From Macrostomum lignano (lineage: Eukaryota), in assembly GCA_002269645.1 (NCBI GenBank), contig NIVC01001829.1, positions 169,104 through 233,103 on the forward strand: a DNA stretch of 64,000 bases. The letters are read 5' to 3'. Under the pieces are notes generated by a model, which worked only from the letters and a program-made list of their open reading frames with translations, had not been told where the DNA came from and made no database searches. The position numbers and the translations under genes are program-made. Of the stretch, positions 61,431 through 64,000 are shown one piece after another (position 1 is the stretch's first letter; each line of letters starts with the position of its first letter).

Positions 61431-64000
61431 TGTACAATGCCTGCCCCCGTCGCTCTGCAGCCAATCAGCTTGCACGCTTCTTGTTTATCAGGCGCAACTC
61501 CACCCCACGCAAATATCGATTTCTAAATATATATATTGGCGCTCAAGGCCTCGCAGTGGCCAAGCCTTTTCTTACCCTAAAACAAATCTACATTGGCATC
61601 GCTAGCAGGAATGTCTGTGCCTCTACAACTGCCCCCGCCTGAGCCTTTCGATACTCAGAAAGAGCCACACAACCTCTCAGCACGGTGGGCAGAATGGGCC
61701 AACCGATTCAAGTGCTTTGTGACTGCAAGCGGCATAACAGATGCAAGTCAACAACGAGAGATTCTACTTTACGTCGGCGGCAAACAGGTGGCTGAAGCGT
61801 ACGCAGAACTCACGAGGCCAGGCAAGACCCTCGAAGAGCTCCTGGACGCCCTCAAAGAGTACTTCAAGAGCAGACAACCCGGTATTCGTGCGATATGAAT
61901 TCCGGCACTGCACGCAGCAGCCCGGCGAAGCCATCAACGCCTGGGTGCAACGGCTGTTCAAGGCTGCAGAAGGATGTGAATTCGAGACTCAGCGGGATCT
62001 CATCATCCGAGACCAAATTGTCGCCGGCTGCCAGTCAGACCAGCTCCGGCGCAGGTTGCTGCAGACACCCAATATCCAGCTCAAAGAAGCGCTGCAGCAA
62101 GCCAGGGCATTCGAGGCGGCCGACCTTCAATCTGCAGTTATCGAAGCGCGAAGAGCGAGTCTGTGAACGCAATGCGGCGTATCGAAAAGCCAGACCGACC
62201 GGAGCGAACCAGAACAAAGTGCATCCGCTGTGGAGAGTCGGGCCACCGAACGTGCGAGGCGGCCAGAGGAAAGACGTGTCGGAACTGCAACAAGGTCGGC
62301 CACCTGGCAAAAGCGTGCTTGTCCAAACCCGCAAGCTCCAGAAAGGTGCACGCCATTGCCGAGGAGCAGCCGAGTGATCAGCAACAGCGAGACAGCGACA
62401 GCAGCTGCGAGGTGTTCTGCCTGACGCCACAACGTAAGCGACTGCCGCTCGTTAAAGCAGACATCAACGGCCACGCCACAGACCTGCTAATCGATAGCGG
62501 CGCAAGCTGCAATCTAATGGACTCAAAAACATTCAAGGCCATCGGAGGCACGGCAGACGACCTTCGCGAGTCAAAGCAGCGGATCTTCCCGTTCGGCTCC
62601 AGTGAATCCCTCACCACTCTTGGCAAAGCGACCCTCCGGACCGCCGTTTATGACGTCAGCGCCAGCATTAGCTACATCATTGTCAAGGAGACGGGCACGA
62701 CGATCGTGGGCCGCGAAACCAGCGAGAAGCTGGGAATCCTACGCATCGGACCAAGCAATCCCAGCGTCTGTCATCTGAAAGACTCTGGTGAGCTCCATGA
62801 GCCACTCAGCGCTGCATTGGCGGCCGCAGCGACGGAGGCAGACGATCAGGCAATGCCACAGCACGAGCGCCTCAGCAACATTATCAAGACTTTCAGGCAG
62901 CGATTTGTGGGAATTGGGTGCGTCAAGGACGTTGAAGTTGGCATCCACCTGCAAGACGGAGCCGTGCCGGTCTGCCATCCGCCAAGTCGCATCCCCGTGC
63001 ATCTGCGAGAGGCTGCGCAGCGCGAGCTCGACGATCAACTGCAGGCTGGAATAATCGAGAAAGTGACCGGACCGTCCGAATGGGTGGCACGAATAGTTGT
63101 TGTCCCGAAGTCGCAGCCTGGCCAAGTGCGCATTACCCAAGATCTGCGAGATGTGAACAAGTTCGTATGCCCGAGAAACAGCCATACCAACTTTGAAGAG
63201 GTCACTGATGAAATGGCCGGTGCGCGCTACTTCACGAGTTGGACATCAACAAGGCGTTTCACCAGATCCGCGTCCGAGAAGACTCGCGCCAGCTGACATT
63301 TTCGACGCCGAAGGGTCTCATGAGACTGACGCGCCTGTGCATGGGCTTTACGTCAGGTCTGAGATTCTACAACGAGTCATGACCAGCGTGCTCGGCGGGC
63401 TTCCAGGAGTCCGCTGGGTACATGACGACATTATCATCTATGCAAGCTCCATCATTGAGCACAACCAGCGGCTAGCGGCAACCTTGCAAAGGCTAGAAGA
63501 GCACAACATCACCTTAAATCCGGCAAGTGCAAGTTCGCCGTCAAGGAGGCCAAGTTTCTCGCTATGCGCCTGTCCGAGAAGGGCATCCAACCGACAGACG
63601 AGAAGGTGAGCGCTGTGAAAGCATTCAGAGCACCGAAAAACGCGTCCGAAGTGAGGTCCTTTCTCGGCCTTGTGGCTTTTGTCAGTCGCTTTATCCCAGC
63701 CCTGTCAGACAGGACTGCCAAGCCCCTGCGAGATCTGACCAGAAAGGATGCGCCGTGGTCCTGGGGAGCAGCTGAGGAGACTGCCTTTCAGCGCCATCAA
63801 GAACTCGATCTCCGCGAGAGCACACTGGCATTCTTTGACAAGCGCAACCCACAGAAGTGATCGTGGATGCCAGCCGACGGGACTCGGAGCGATCCTCAGC
63901 CAACAGCAGCCAGACGGCAGCTTGCGACCGATCGCCTACGCAAGCCGCGCACTGTCAGCGTGAGACGCGCTATCTCAGACGGAAAGAGAAGCCCTCGCCG
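61431..64000 (+). mobile_element. Ty3/gypsy LTR retrotransposon (Mag-like), gag-PR-RT-RNase H, multiply frameshifted and truncated by the window edge
   Basis: Gag (RWAEWANRF, FRHCTQQPGEAINAWVQRL, IIRDQIVAG), two zinc knuckles (CIRCGESGH and CRNCNKVGHLAKAC), protease LLIDSGASCNLM, RT (WVARIVVVPK, DLRDVNK, VHDDIII, EVRSFLGLVAF) and RNase H start VIVDA. A candidate 5' LTR at 61431-61592 (TG...CA) is followed by PBS-like TGGCATCGCTAGCAGGA at 61594; the LTR limits are uncertain. Confidence 0.92.

Overview
This is a repeat-rich metazoan (eukaryotic) window, not a prokaryotic one. The GT-AG introns packed with minisatellites resemble a free-living flatworm such as Macrostomum, but that assignment is inference only. 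Most long ORFs in the supplied track are artefacts of tandem repeats. I built five host gene models by hand from splice sites and reading phase: (1) a small cysteine-rich secreted protein with a GPI-like or hydrophobic C-terminus (minus, 1904-12156); (2) a PAN-like plus LamG/ConA-like secreted protein with a 1-nt homopolymer frameshift (minus, 23550-24609); (3) a secreted protein with four F-type lectin (FTP) domains (minus, 25246-29879); (4) Tudor-SN/SND1 (plus, 31251-40363); (5) AMP deaminase (plus, 43363-57349). There is also an unrecognised intronless 701-aa ORF with strong codon bias (17718-19823). Mobile elements are a tRNA-derived CORE-type SINE with TSD, a hAT-type MITE with an 8-bp TSD, a young 1.5-kb non-autonomous LTR element (TRIM-like) in AMPD intron 1, and a frameshifted Ty3/gypsy element running off the right edge. 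The most notable observations are the orphan ORF, the apparent loss of the methyl-arginine aromatic cage in the Tudor-SN Tudor domain, the TRIM-like element, the non-canonical F-type lectin domains, and regularities in the intronic minisatellites (a shared 23-bp period, inverted pairs and a 1,313-bp higher-order repeat). No CRISPR array, rRNA or functional tRNA was found.
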